Assembly: GCA_002104905.1 (NCBI GenBank)
Contig: MCFE01000406.1
Location: 1-64,000, forward strand
Length of the DNA: 64,000 nucleotides
Direction of reading: 5' to 3'
From: Basidiobolus meristosporus CBS 931.73
Lineage: Eukaryota; Fungi; Basidiobolomycota
Shown: piece after piece, positions 26,911 through 40,467 of the stretch
Position numbering within the stretch: the stretch's first letter is position 1
How the letters are laid out: each line of letters opens with the position of its first letter
Translations under genes and position numbers: made by a program
Notes under the pieces: model-generated
The model's input: the letters and a program-made list of their open reading frames with translations, nothing else
What the model was told of the DNA's origin: nothing
Database searches by the model: none

Positions 26911-28127
26911 TTAGTACAGTGGAGTGAAGGGTACACCGGATGGCTGTAGCCAATTATCATCAGCATACTTGGCTTTCATGTCGATTACATGGAATGTGTA
27001 GATGTATCTCGAGTTCGCTGATAAATTTGGAGTAGACTTATGAACTACAGATCCATGTAGGAGAACTAGTGAGCCTCGACCAACGCTTTCCGTAACGAAT
27101 TGATCATCTGGGAACTCCAATGATTGAACCTCTCCGATAAATTTGGTTCCACCATTTTCGGCATCGCGCACGAAGCGGCGGCGCAATGGTACGTCTGGAA
27201 AGGAAATCAGTCAGCATGGAAACTCGAATGTGCTAGAAAGACGCTTACTCTTATGAGACCCAGGAATAAATGAGAGGGTTCCATTACTGGGCGTACAATC
27301 CTCCAAGGCAAACCAAAAGCCTCTCGCGGTCGGTGGGTCAGTATAAAGGAACTCAGAGTCCTGATGTGAAGGGACTATTGCAAGAGATACCATTCAATAT
27401 CCAGCCGTGGAACCCAACTTCAAGTATATTCACCTTTCCCCCCAATATACGGTTGCTTCAGAATCACCATTGATTGCAATACCACGGGCTTTTCAAAGTT
27501 GAGAGCCCTGGCGATGGCCTGTACACGCTTGTCCAGAGTAAAATCTCGGAATACCTGATCGTGCATATGCAACCCTATATAGCTCGACAATTTAACGGAA
27601 TGGGAAATCCTTGATCATGCTTTCCTAGTTACCATGACCAATTTTGTTGACAGCCTTCGATTTATCTCTGTTCAAGGCCCCGTTTTCGTCAAACGCTGCT
27701 TCCTCAAAAAAGAATCGTATCTTATCCCCAGAGGTAAGGAAATAATCATCTCCAACATGTTTATTCGTCTGGAAGCGCTCGAAATTAGTACCCTATTGGC
27801 CTGCCCTCAGTAAAGACTTACCTCTCCAGTAGAGAACTGAGTCATTGGATGGCCTGCCAGGTCAAATTCATTTAACAACTTGTCAGAGCGCTCTTTCAGC
27901 TCTTGGGCTTTTTCAGCGGTGAAGAAATTCGGGATGACAAGACTAAACTCGGGTTAGAATAAACCTTCACCTATAAATGATTTATCACGTACTATCCATC
28001 TTCGTCAAACTGAGAAATAGGTTGAAGGACCAAGTCGTTAATGGTAACATCTTTAAAGTGTATAGTATAGCAACTTTACCTTGGCTTTTAATTCGGGGGT
28101 AAAGCTAAACTCGGCAGCAGCAGACAT
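26911..28127 (-). CDS. Phytanoyl-CoA dioxygenase-like Fe(II)/2-oxoglutarate dioxygenase (PHYHD1-like), ~6 introns
   Basis: Spliced [28 protein letters not shown]...[15 protein letters not shown]...VNKIGHGLH...[10 protein letters not shown]...[11 protein letters not shown]...[23 protein letters not shown]...[10 protein letters not shown]...RYIYTFH, with the HxD...H facial triad. Confidence 0.93.
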
Positions 28128-30175
28128 ACTAGATGTAATGGCAGAGGGGTAAGGTGAAGTGACTATGAACTGAATGATCCACTTTTGGAAAATCAAAAGT
28201 TGTGACTATTAACACAGTAAGCTTGCGTCAACGAAATATATTTATCGAGTACCCTAGGAGTGCGATAAATATTATGTTCTTCTGCCAAGATTTAAATACT
28301 TAAATAGCCGAATATGACTCGTGAGAATATAGCGATAGGAAATGTAATGTATGTGGGCTTGAAGCACCAAGGTGTGGGAATATCACTAAACTTAATTTTG
28401 TGGATCGTTACAAAATTGGTAACTTGGCATTGCAAAAGACGGGGTTTGGAAATTATACAAGCTTTTGTAACGCAATAGTATAAACTCTGAGCCATAAATT
28501 ACAGTGACCATATTACGATAGTGAGATACTTCATGTTTAGGTTAAACTTTGAATTGCAGTTATTTATCAAGGTTGTGGAAAAATTCCAGATTAATGGAAG
28601 TAATATAGAGCTACAGCCTCGAAAGCAGTATTCCTCTCTGAAAATCTTCTTCTCATCACCCTTTTAACAGGCCTCGAGTTTGAATTACAGGTATTTGTCA
28701 TTAATAGTAGTTGATGATCATGGCTGTATTTGTATATCTAATACTGTGCAAGTAACGACTCGTGGTGAATGAGGGTTACTCTCAGTGCTACTACTATGTG
28801 TAGGAAGGAGCATCTCTTGGCATTGGAAACTTCTACAATTCAAAACGCGAGGTAAATAAATGCCGATCTTAGCAAACATATTTACTATATACTAGTTGCA
28901 TATATACCCCTTTCCAATTGAGTTATTCGTCTCGCATTGTGACCGGTACTTGACTAAGCAGAGGCGAAGATCAGCTCGTTGTACAGATTAGGATATCAGT
29001 TGGCTTCTCGGTGAAAGACCTGAATGCTGTCAATTATCGAGACATAGGCAAGCTATAATGACTGAGCGTTAGAATTGGCATTCCATCAGCAGTTTCAATC
29101 TTCAGTAATCCAACAAAGACCGTTCTCGACGAACCGATATTGGAAACAAGACCGTTCTTTCCAAGCCTGGAATAATACAGATTGTCCGCTTAATAATAAT
29201 TGGTGGCGAGAACGGGGATATCGGCCCCGATTAGCCGAGCTTCGGCCGACATTTTAAAAGTGCGTGACATTTGCTTCTCATGGAAAATCAAAAAGCAGTT
29301 GAGTACTTGAGCCTATCAGGGCCGAATCCACCTTACTATACAAGGTTTGCTGTCATGAAAGTAGCTCCTTATGATCATGATGATGTAACAAAATAAAGTA
29401 AATAGTGGCTGATGATGAATGTTAATCATCTTCGTTGCTCGTAGAGATGTTAGATGAGCTTTTCGTAAATTCAATCAGTCGCTCAAGGCGCGCTTTCGGA
29501 ATAATAATAAAGCAGGAATATGTCAACCAGGCAAGACAAAGTTGGTCCTAACAAGTATTGGTCACAAAGATTATCGCGATTTCTGGTAAGAATGACAGAT
29601 TTACCTAAACAAGAAAGATCTCTCAATGGCTTTCAGAACCTCACGAGTTGATGGGGGATTTCGTTGACGGATTCTACCGGCTCAAATGGAGTCTTGAAAT
29701 CGGGGTTGAAATCATAATTATGTGGTGCATCAATCTTGGGATTGCAATACATATGGGCAAGAGCCTCCTTGTAAAGTATTGTTTGGCTCATATTGCAATC
29801 ATCCTATTGGAATATATCGACCCACCCAAAAGTAAGCTGGGGTGAATTATATCGATTCTAAAATAACGTATCTGATTAGCACACAACTGATCGTGATTAC
29901 TCATGATGGAAGTATTTCGGCAACTCTGAAATATATGCGGCCTCTCAATAAATATAAATCATCCGATTTTCCGCTGCAGCGGTTCCTATTCTTGCCATTT
30001 CAACTGATTCATTGTTGAAAAACTTATCACAATCTTATTCAGTTTCTAGTTACCTGTAACCAACATTGTTGTGTCTCTTCTGTTATTTGGGTTTGTATCT
30101 TAGCATTTTGTAACTTGCCCAATAGAGCCCACCAACAATACTTGTGAACATATTTGGGTTGCATTTCTTATCCTT

Positions 30176-32513
30176 ATGCTATTATCATCACCAGAGGCCA
30201 GCTTCTCCAGTGATCACAACACATATAAGAAATCTCGAACTAGTCGTGCTTGCGATATATGTAGAAGAAAGAAGGTCAAATGTGATGGGTTAAAACCTTC
30301 TTGTTCTAACTGCAGCACCCTTGGTTCTAAGTGCACTTACCTTGATAAGCCCAAGAAACGTGGCCCACAAACCTCTCAACCAAAAGCTCTCGAGGCACGC
30401 TTGAAGCATCTAGAGAAGTTGCTCACCTCACTTGTTGATCAGGGTGGTTCACTATCAAGTCAAGTCACTAATGAGTTGCGTTCCATCAACTCTTCACAGA
30501 CGGAGGAGCCAGAGGTATGGTAGTAGGTGTCGATTCCAGGTATTCACTGCACTAATCATCTTTTAGAATTCAAGCGAAGAGGAAGAGTCAAACCCCGAAG
30601 AAGAGGATCGTCCAACTCATTCAGATAAAATCTTACCTCACGATATCTCCTATCGATATGCCGGAAGTAGCTCTGGAATGTACTTGCTTAATGGGGAAGG
30701 AACAAACCATTCTGTTCATGATATTACGAAATTCCTCCCTGAAGTTTATGACGATCTTCCCAATTTGCCCGAAACTTTCCCCCCACCTGATTTAAGCGAG
30801 AAGTTACTGAACAATTATTTCCGACGGGCTCATCCGTACCTTCCAGTATTTCACATAGACGGATTCATGAAGAAATACAGGGAAGGAACTGTTCCTCCTA
30901 TTCTTCTTAACGCAGTGTATGCCCTGGCTTGTCTTCACTCGGGAGATTATAATCTGTTCCCAAGCATCGAAGCTTGTAACAAGTACGCCCGAATGTTCTT
31001 CCGTCGTGCCAAATCATATCTTGATTCGGAATACCATTCATCCTCTATTCCTGTGATTCAGACCTTGTTCTTGATGACATTCAGCCCAGTATCGGGGTGG
31101 CTTTTTCTAGGAATGGCCATTCGAATGGCCCAAGACTTAGGCTTGCATAGAAACATTGAGTCTCAAAACATGAGTTTAACCGAAAAAGAGGATCGCAAGT
31201 TACTGTGGTGGTGCTGTGTCACTATGGACCGCTTTTACAGCTCGGTACTTGGAAAGCCCATGTCCGTCACTAATTCCGATTTTGATACTAAACTCCCAAT
31301 GGAGATTGCAAGCCCAAATTGTGAATATTCCTTGCCCAGCCCAGCGGTGTCACTAAGATACTTCACTCATCTTATTCGCTTGACGAGTGTTATCAATCGA
31401 ATTATGAGAGAGGTTTACGGAGTTGAATCTACCGCATCCAACCAATGTGGAAAAATTCTATGGACTTTGAATCAGGAGCTGAGAGATTGGGAGCAATCGC
31501 TACCTGCTGAGTTCAAATACGACTTCTCGAAACCAATAGCGAACAACGTACATACTGTGCTACTTACGTTCTTTTGTCAGTATGGCTATATTCTATTGAA
31601 CCGCCCCTTCATTATGAAGGCCGGAAAGCACAAGAAATCGACAGCACCAGATCCGGCACTCCAAATCTGCTCGAGAGCGGCTAGTATTATGACCTTTATT
31701 TTCTTCCATACGCCGAATGGCTATAAGTTGCATGGTGTCATATTCAAAGTATCTTTCACGTTTGCGGCTTCTATGATTCATCTGATTAGTACGCTTTCGG
31801 AGAACGAGGAGATAGCGCGAACAGGAAAGGTTAATCTGTCGTTTAACCTGCGCCTTCTTCAAGAATACAAAGAAGTCTCAGCAGGGTTCGACCGCTGCTT
31901 CAAATTTATGAGCGAGATCGTTGAGAATCGTAATTTCCAAAAGGTCGATGAACTTCCTGCTGAGCCAATATTGCCACCCCCTGTCATCTTCTCACCCGAT
32001 CTTACACACAAAACCCCGAAACGAAGCGATTCTGCTGCGATTTTAATTATTCCGGAAAAACAATTGGATTCACCAGTGCTCAAGACCTCAACTGCCCCCT
32101 CACCAGCAAACTCAATGGCGAACTCGAAGCCACGCAATGCGTCCCCGCTGGAGCACAACATGAACTCGCTCACGCCAATGAACGTGAACCTAGATCAAAT
32201 CAATATAACTGACCCGATCTTCCAATACAACTCTTCACAAGCAGGCCAAGTGGCTGGCAATCTGTTTACGCCAGAGTCTTATCAGAGTTCACTGAGTTAT
32301 ATGAATCCGCAAGGAGAGATGCGCTCCATGGCAAACAACACTGTAGCAATAGGCCCCAATACTATCTCGGAGGCATACATACAGCAAGATTTTACGCCTG
32401 TAACTTTCATTGGAAACCCCCAGTTCTATAGCAATCACCAGATGGACATTAACATGCAGGAGTGGAACAACTATATTGATCAGTTTTCCAACTTTACGCC
32501 CCCTTCTATGTAA
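30176..32513 (+). CDS. Zn(II)2Cys6 transcription factor with fungal-specific TF (middle homology) domain, 1 intron (~30515-30567)
   Basis: ACDICRRKKVKCDGLKPSCSNCSTLGSKC binuclear cluster, and GMAIRMAQDLGLHR...RKLLWWCCVTMDRFYSSVLGKP. Confidence 0.95.
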
Positions 32514-33107
32514 TTTTTACCCAATTCAATTCAATGGCTCATCGAGTATTTGTATTAAAATTTTGTGTATCTCTTTAATTGGTAGTCTAATAGTTGCATT
32601 CTCCTACGTTCACAGTATTCATCCAATATACTACGTGTATTTGCTTCTCTGGGCGGAGACCCATTTTTGCCTCATGATCGACGCTGAGCATCATCCAACC
32701 GGAGCACATGCTCATGTCTTCAAATTTAGGTAAAAAGGGACATGATGTGCATCCAAAAAGCCATCGGATCATCCAAATCTGAGACAATGGTATGTATATA
32801 GTAACAATGTCTTGGTCTTGGAGATACATATTAGACAGCCCTTGGAGAACCAACTGATCGGTCATCTCCCAACATGCAATATTGGTAGTGGCTGCAGGCA
32901 TCATTGGGTGGACCTGAACCAAGCACAGGCGACCCTACAGATATGCCTTCGAGATTAATAAATGCATGCATATATCCAGATGAAGTAAGCATTTCAGACA
33001 TGGTGTAGTGTAGAATATCGTTTATCAGAGTATGGGATACAATCTTTTCAAGCATTACACAAAAATGAACAGAAAATAAAGAAAAGGCGAGGATTAACAA
33101 AAATTTG

Positions 33108-34574
33108 CTACAGTGTGTAGCTAAAGTCAGGATGCCTGTCGCCACATAGTTCTATTCCTCCATGTCTTGCAACCTCCTTTTCCTTCTGCTCCTCAGTCAA
33201 GTTGGCGCGACGTCTATTCTCTCTCGTGAAGATGACCCTCAAGAGAATTACGAGTACGGTTTGGATTCCCACGCATGAGACTGCAATTATATTCCCTCCC
33301 AGATACTTGGGTGGGTCATAGTAGATCTGCCCACCAATTGCACCACCAATCGTTCCAACGGAGACAATTGCTGCAGATGCTACAGCCCGGCGAGTTAATC
33401 CCCCAAAATTGTTGTTGAACCATGCTATCTTCACTGAGACGTTCGCATACACACCAGCAGTGATCAGGATAGCGCCAAAATAATGGACGCCAACGAGTTC
33501 ATCGTTGACAAGTATAAGTAGTAAGAACCCGCAAATAGTCACCAGATTAACAAACACCATATGCAGACTGCGCTCAACAAAGTGATCGGAGCTGATGCAG
33601 AGGAAGATTGTTGCAAAAAATGCAACTGCGTAGGGAGGGACGGTCATTAACTGGGATTTCACCGTAGACCAGTGGCCAAGGCCATTGACTATAGAAGGCA
33701 AAAATAACGTGACGCCTTGGAGTGCAATGGTTCCGGTTATATATATGACCATATAGGCATATGTTTTCCAGTCTTTGAATACAGACCCAACTTGTGCCCA
33801 AGACCATGAGTGGTCATTCGCCGCACCAGCGTCGGTGGCTAATCTATTGATTTCGTAGGCGCGTTCGTTTTTGTTGAGAAATTTCGCGGTTTCCGGTGAA
33901 TCTGGAAGGAAGAACCAGCACAAGATCGCCAGCACCACGGTTGGCAACCCTTCGATCAGGAATATATATTGCCATTCCGCCAGGGAACCCTTTATCTGGC
34001 TAATGCCGTAGGCTATAAGACCACCAAAGGCACCAGCCAGTGATGAAAAAGACCAGAAGAACCCAAGTCTGACTGCTTGCTCCTTTCGCGGGTACCATAG
34101 AGACATGTAGTAGATCACACCAGGGAATAGGCCCGCTTCGAATGCACCCAAGAGAAATCTACAAATCGCCAATCCAGCAAAACTTTGGATGCCGACCATT
34201 GAGACGGCAACCACTCCCCAACAGAACATCAGGATTGCAATCCATTTTGAGGCCCGCCATCTCCTTAATACGATATTGGAAGGTAGCTCAAAGATTACAT
34301 ATCCAAAGAAGAAAATAGATAGGGCCCACTGATACTCCAGGTGTGACATGTTGAGGTCTGTCTCCAGCCCACCAAGCTTCGCGTTGCCAATGTTGGATCT
34401 ATCGAGGTATGAGAGGAGATAGATGATACATAGTAATGGTAGTAGAGTGAGGTCGAGCTTGCGCATTAGTTTCTTATGTACAACCGCGTTCTCTTGATGT
34501 TCCGGGTTGGCCTTCTCAACATCAACATCATAAATGGGCTTTTCAAGGCTATGCGAAGTAGCAGTACTACTCAT
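33108..34574 (-). CDS. MFS transporter, anion:cation symporter family, intronless, 488 aa
   Basis: MRKLDLTLLP...YLDRSNIGNAKL...FFGYVIFELPSN...EAGLFPG...WQYIFLIEGLPT; about 12 hydrophobic segments. Confidence 0.95.
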   Translation of the reverse strand: MSSTATSHSLEKPIYDVDVEKANPEHQENAVVHKKLMRKLDLTLLPLLCIIYLLSYLDRSNIGNAKLGGLETDLNMSHLEYQWALSIFFFGYVIFELPSNIVLRRWRASKWIAILMFCWGVVAVSMVGIQSFAGLAICRFLLGAFEAGLFPGVIYYMSLWYPRKEQAVRLGFFWSFSSLAGAFGGLIAYGISQIKGSLAEWQYIFLIEGLPTVVLAILCWFFLPDSPETAKFLNKNERAYEINRLATDAGAANDHSWSWAQVGSVFKDWKTYAYMVIYITGTIALQGVTLFLPSIVNGLGHWSTVKSQLMTVPPYAVAFFATIFLCISSDHFVERSLHMVFVNLVTICGFLLLILVNDELVGVHYFGAILITAGVYANVSVKIAWFNNNFGGLTRRAVASAAIVSVGTIGGAIGGQIYYDPPKYLGGNIIAVSCVGIQTVLVILLRVIFTRENRRRANLTEEQKEKEVARHGGIELCGDRHPDFSYTL

Positions 34575-36059
34575 TTTCTAAGGGAAGATGAAAATATGAT
34601 GAATAATGTGAAAGACTTGGGGCCTGGTGCTTTTATGTAGCCGGAACGGTGAAAGGCTGGCTTCGTTACTGTCAAGATCTCCGTATCTTGAACCAATCCG
34701 GGAGAAGACAGTTACAAACCATGGGAAAATCAGCTAGATGTCGATTCTATAGAAACTATACATTAATGCAGGAGCGCTCTATGATGCCTAGCGATTTGGA
34801 TGCATGAATCTTTCTAAGACTTTTGGACGATTATGGCGAAGGCAATCAGCACAACCAAGCCATGAAATTACTATGACTTGAGGTCAAAGTCGATTTGTCG
34901 AATCTGAGACATGTCTACAGGAAAAACTTTCAACCATTATATTGTAGTCAACGGATAGGCGTAGCAAATATCATGAGCTAATCTGCCAACACAATTGCTT
35001 TCTATACATATCCAGTCGGCACTAGTGGGCTCACATGATGTTACTTACTGTATTCATACCTCTGTTACTGGGTGTTGGGTACTCACGTCGTACTCGATGA
35101 TTGCTGGGATAGTGGCGGACGCAATACACATGACAAAAGTACTATAACGATGACTCTCCAAAATCCATCGTTTTGGGTGAAAAGGCTGACAATATCCCAA
35201 ACAAAGATATTAGGGAAGGGGAAAGTCGGACAGTGACCAATGGTAGCTCTATGCTCTCCCGACATCTTGCTTGAATGCATGGATTTCGGTAGGCTATAGC
35301 CTGCGATTTGTTGTAACTATTATAGTTCTAGTGCTTGAGCAATCAGTAACCAGGGCATTGTCTTTGCCAAGCAGCCGGTTTCAAAGAAATCTTTTTCGCA
35401 TCAATATCTCCAAACTGGGAAAAGTATGAATCCCGTTAGCAGCCAACCCCTTGCCTGTTGACTGAGGAGCTTGGCCGATGAGCTGGATGGCGAAATATCA
35501 TTGAAAATCCGAACAAACAGCGACGTAGTGAATTCGGTTGAATATTTTCCCTCAAATCCAGCCCACCGTTTCCATACTATTGGCCTTATATAGCAACGTA
35601 GCTATTTTTGCCACACTACATGACCTCAAATATGAAACAAACGTTGGGATTTAATACTTGAATTCACTGAAACCACCACTGATTAACCTGAGATGTTCCC
35701 CATATGTAATCCTATCAGGAATAGAGTTGCCCCCCCCCACTGCGATCAGAAAAGAAAATTAACGATTCAATAGTGGTTAGTGGGTTCCCCACAAGGTCTT
35801 ACCTATATATGCACATATATGCTAGAAAGGTGGGCCTGATTAAATTATGCATGACTTTTAAAGGTCATCAATAATAGCGCTGCTTGATGTCCTAAGCCAT
35901 TGGGACTCTGATGGGGATTTTTACGAAGAAATTTACTGATCTGTTAGGATTGGTAAATCCATTGTTCAATTACATCCACTGAGGTGTAAATGAGCACTGG
36001 TTGGCAAATCTGCCTTTTTACTCTGAGTGTCCGTAATTACCGGCAACATCACTAGCTTG

Positions 36060-37353
36060 ATGAGTGATACGACTAAAGCTCCGAAATTCAAGTCTAGAAG
36101 ACAAGAGAAATTGGCTTTAAAGAATGCACAGAGCAACAAATCCTATGTTAACCAGACAGCTTTTAGAGCTATCGAACGAAAATATCGCACACGTTTACCG
36201 CCACCAGATTTCAGTGATGTCCTTGACTTCGCAAATCTTGAGAACAACACTCCAGAGAATTTAGATAAAATCGTGAGACTTGAACTCAAGCATAGCCTTG
36301 CACAACTATCACCCCTATTTGGGACAAACGAGCATAATCAGGGCAGACTTTGCTACACCTTAAAGGACCATCCTGGTAATCTCCCCCGTGGTTTTACTTG
36401 TACGGTCTATTCGGGCATTCTAACCTTTCCTTTCTCCCTCAGGACTTGTCGTCATACCTCGAGCTTTTGCACCAGACGCCCAAAGAAATGTTATTAAAAG
36501 CTGCCTTCGGGAGCATGCAAAGCATCCAAATTTATCCAACTTGGACGCACACTATGATGTCCCGGACGCTGGAATTTGGAGTTTATATCAGAAGTCAGTC
36601 AAGGGCGAGATTACTCCTCAGGATGCCATATATTATGTTCCTCTAAAAGAAAAATCGGACGACGAGGATGAAGTAGGAGCGTATGGTGATGCACCAAAGG
36701 ATAGTAACCTTGCTGTCCTTCCGCCTTTTCAACTAGTTCGTCGACTCCGATGGATTACTTGTGGGTACCAATACAATTGGTTGGACAAAACCTATGCCCT
36801 TGAAAAACGATACCCATTTCCGGAGGATATAGGTGAAATTGCTACAGCAGTAACGAAAGCAATTGAAGGGGTTGGTTATACCGGAATAGACGGCCAGGGA
36901 TACATAAATCAATACGAGGGAGACAAATTTTCTCCAGAGGCCGGAGTCATAAACTATTACCAACTGAAAGATAGTTTAATGGCACACGTTGACAAAAGCG
37001 AAATTAATATGGATGCGCCTTTGATTTCATTCAGGTATGGCTCAGCCTATGTTTTCTTGACTCGCGAATGTATGCTTAATTGTGTTTTACTTGGATCCAG
37101 TCTCGGGCATTCATGCATTTATCTTTTAGGAGGCGCGACGCGTGATATCACCCCGGCTGCCATCTACCTACGTAGTGGGGATGTATTAGCTATGTGCGGC
37201 CCTTGTAGAGGCGCATTTCATGGAGTTCCACGAATCCTGGAAAACACTTTACCAGATTACTTGAAGGTACATCCTGACGACCCTGATTGGGATATCTATG
37301 CAAGCTTCATGGATGAGGCAAGGATTAATGTGAACGTTAGACAAGTTTTCTGA
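36060..37353 (+). CDS. AlkB-family Fe(II)/2OG dioxygenase (ALKBH1/Abh1-like), 2 introns
   Basis: LRWITCGYQYNW, PEAGVINYY...LMAHVD (HxD), LRSGDVLAM...FHGVPRI, RINVNVRQV. Confidence 0.92.
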
Positions 37354-37979
37354 TGACTACCGTGCATTTTGAAACGGCAGCTATACATACATACAACAAG
37401 CATTGGAACCAGATGTCCGGTAAATAACCAGGATTTCTTTTGCGACACAAACCAATATGGTGATAGACAAATCATTCACAAAACATCATATCATAGTCGT
37501 ATATGTATACCATTTGGCATATAAATTACGGAACCCCGTCCTAGAATAAACGTTGCATCGTTCGTTTACCCTTTGCTGCTGATATCATTCTCGAATTTGT
37601 TTAGTGAAAAGTGATTGCACTCCCTAGGAAAATTGGGGAGACGCTCATCACAAAAACGCCCAAATATCAGGTAGATTAGGTTCGCAGCTGATTCCAGTAC
37701 ATCCTCATCCAGCAACATGCAGCTATCCTTAGATTATGCGGTAACGATGTTTGTTGGTGGATAACATTCAAGATATGCATCTCATACCAGGCCATGTACG
37801 CTATCCCTAATTGTGTCTCGAGGTTGGAAAAGCCCCTTTCGAATTAGCAAATATTTGAACTGTTTCCAGAAAGTACCAACATATTTAATCGTTGTTGAGC
37901 AACCCCGCTTTCAAAGCAAATTTATTCCTGAAGAATACAAACAAATGCCATCATTCCGAATAATGGCGATGCTTGGTAG

Positions 37980-38683
37980 TCAATGACATGCATAGTGAAT
38001 CATGAATGCAAGGGATGCGATAGTTAGGGTGGAGACGCTCAGTCGAGTAGCAGCATTGCCAATTATAGTGGGGGTTTTCCCTGGTAATCTGGGTGTGGTG
38101 GTTGCAGTGATGGGTGCAACGGACGATGGAGAAGTTGGAGAAGAATTATTTGAAGTCAAATTAGATGAAGGAATGATTCCCATTGAAGAAGTAGAATTGT
38201 AGCCATTATTGGTATCTCCAATCGCTCCATGTGGCGATTGTGGTGGAGGTGGCTGGGATTGCGAGGCTTGGATTTCGAAGTAATGAGAGTACGAGGCATT
38301 GGGACCCGACCCCAAGCGAACAACATAGAGTTTTCCCGGAGCTAGTGTTGAAGGGACCATCCATTTATATGATCCATGCTTCATATAAACACCTCTGGTA
38401 ATTGTGGTGATTCTGTCTAAGTTATCTGCCTTTCCAAACATCAACGTAACATCAAATTTCTCATCAGCAACGGATCCATTCACTTTTCTCCTATGTTGAC
38501 AACTGTTAGCGTATCACGTAAGCTATCTGCTAACCCATGGATGTGCCCTTACCACTGGATAGTCGTATTTGTGCCAAGCGTCCACCGGGTACCGCCTACG
38601 GGGTTTGTAACAAACAGACCGGCAAAGGCGAAGGAGGTAAGAGATGCAACAGAGGCTAGAATTGTAAAGATGTTTAAGCGCAT
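37980..38683 (-). CDS. Kre9/KNH-like Ser/Thr-rich, probably GPI-anchored cell-wall protein, 1 intron
   Basis: Signal peptide MRLNIFTILASVASLTSFAFA, domain TNPVGGTRW...TTIQW...GSYKWMVPSTL...YVVRL...YSHYFEI, S/T/P-rich tail and hydrophobic C-terminus. Confidence 0.85.
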
Positions 38684-40467
38684 TGAGTGGGAAAAGAGAA
38701 GAGCGTGTTGATGAAATTTGAAAGATCCAATAATAGCGGGCATCCCCCGAAACATATATTTATATACAACCCCAAGATCGATCTGTCATGAACATCAGGT
38801 GCAGACTTATTAATGGACGCTGAACACATGCAGCGTGAACCCAATTTGTGTGTGTGCATTCCATGCAATTTTAGACTGCGAAGTAGAGTCGACTGTATCA
38901 GACAATGTTTACCACACCCTGGTCCCGCACTTGAAGTAACAATAGGAATTGTGGACGCTAGCGAAGCTGTCGGTAACAGCAATTTGGCTCGATACATGTT
39001 CTGAATGGTAGTGATAACACCTCGATTTTGACATCTTGACAGCAGTCCCGAAAGCATAATGGAACCTAGCTACTTCTCGCAAGTAGCTGAAGAATGCATA
39101 TTTAAATGGATTGTATTGATTAAATGAGTAGTTTCCCTCCCATCACCTATTGGCCACAGGAGCATTCCTGACACTCCTGGGAGGTGATGGTAGAGATTCC
39201 ATTATAAACCTTGGCATTTATAGTACGTTTCTATACTTTGGTGGTAATGCAACTTCCAATTGATTTGCAGTGCCAACTGCATTTTGATTTAGGTCTTTAT
39301 TAGATGTGGTAACTTTTCATTAAAACGACAGTTGGATGCAATTAATACCGGTTCTCGGGGCAACGATCAAGCGTACATTGTATTCCAGTAGCTGCAAACG
39401 AGAATAATATGACTCTTGAACCTTCGGATATACCAGAATGTGAGATCACATCATATATGGTATGTCAGATGATGTCTCCAGAGGTATTTACAAAGATATG
39501 CGATTCATACGAGAGTGCAGTTAGTAATGAATATCGGCGGATGTGGAGAAAATGAACGGTAGAAATCCCATCTGTTGTGTCTATAAATTATCTACATGCA
39601 GCAATACATATTCTGCACTGGCTACCATTGGCTTCTATATGCACATAACATTCTGCTTATCACTCATGCCCTAAGCCTTGGCTATTACAGGTGTATGATG
39701 CTTTTATATGGCAAAAAATGTAATTTGATACTCTACCGCGGGACAGCGAGGGCTTCAAAGCTATGGTAACAACTGTACCTTTGTTGCTCCATTTGCTATA
39801 CTTGTACTGTGGAACTGATACTGCTAGTATGACATTTGATTATCTACTGTGGTGGCATCCTAGTCTCCATCTGTGGCGTCTTGAAGGTTACTGAATCCAT
39901 CTTACTTAATCTCATTGCTATACCATTCGTCCGCCAGCACGATTCAGTATTGGATCCTGGACTAGTCTTGGAAATATATATACAACAATAGATTACCTTT
40001 GACTCTAAATCAAGATGTTGTAGTTGAACCCTCAGCAAATAAGTCGTGGTAGTGCCATTCACCATCATAAATTCTGAATTTGTCTGGTCCATCTAGAGAG
40101 CATTGGCTGCCCTAGTACTATTCAAAACAAGCCACTATTCTATTGAAAACGTGCATTTGAATTCCATGCCAAAATATGTGCTCATTCGCTAGATTATCAT
40201 GTCGATCTTCAGTCGGTTACATAAAATTCATTGCTGAAACTTCACGACGTTTGTAGCACACTTATCATTGTAAGATCTATACTTGATTTGTATCTGTGGG
40301 TTCAAAATCCTTCTACCTCATTTGTAGATTATCACATCTACGTATTCGCACGGAATTGATTCGATGAAAGTAATTTTCAGGCTGATTCCCTCCGCTTTAT
40401 AAATGTGTTCACCATACCGCCTGAAACATACGAAGTCTACCTCGGCTTGTTTGTGAGTTTGAAAGAA

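Noticed and set aside
38674-39057. ORF containing GPGCGK, a P-loop-like string
   Set aside because: No preceding hydrophobic beta-strand or kinase context, and it overlaps the promoter of the Kre9-like gene.
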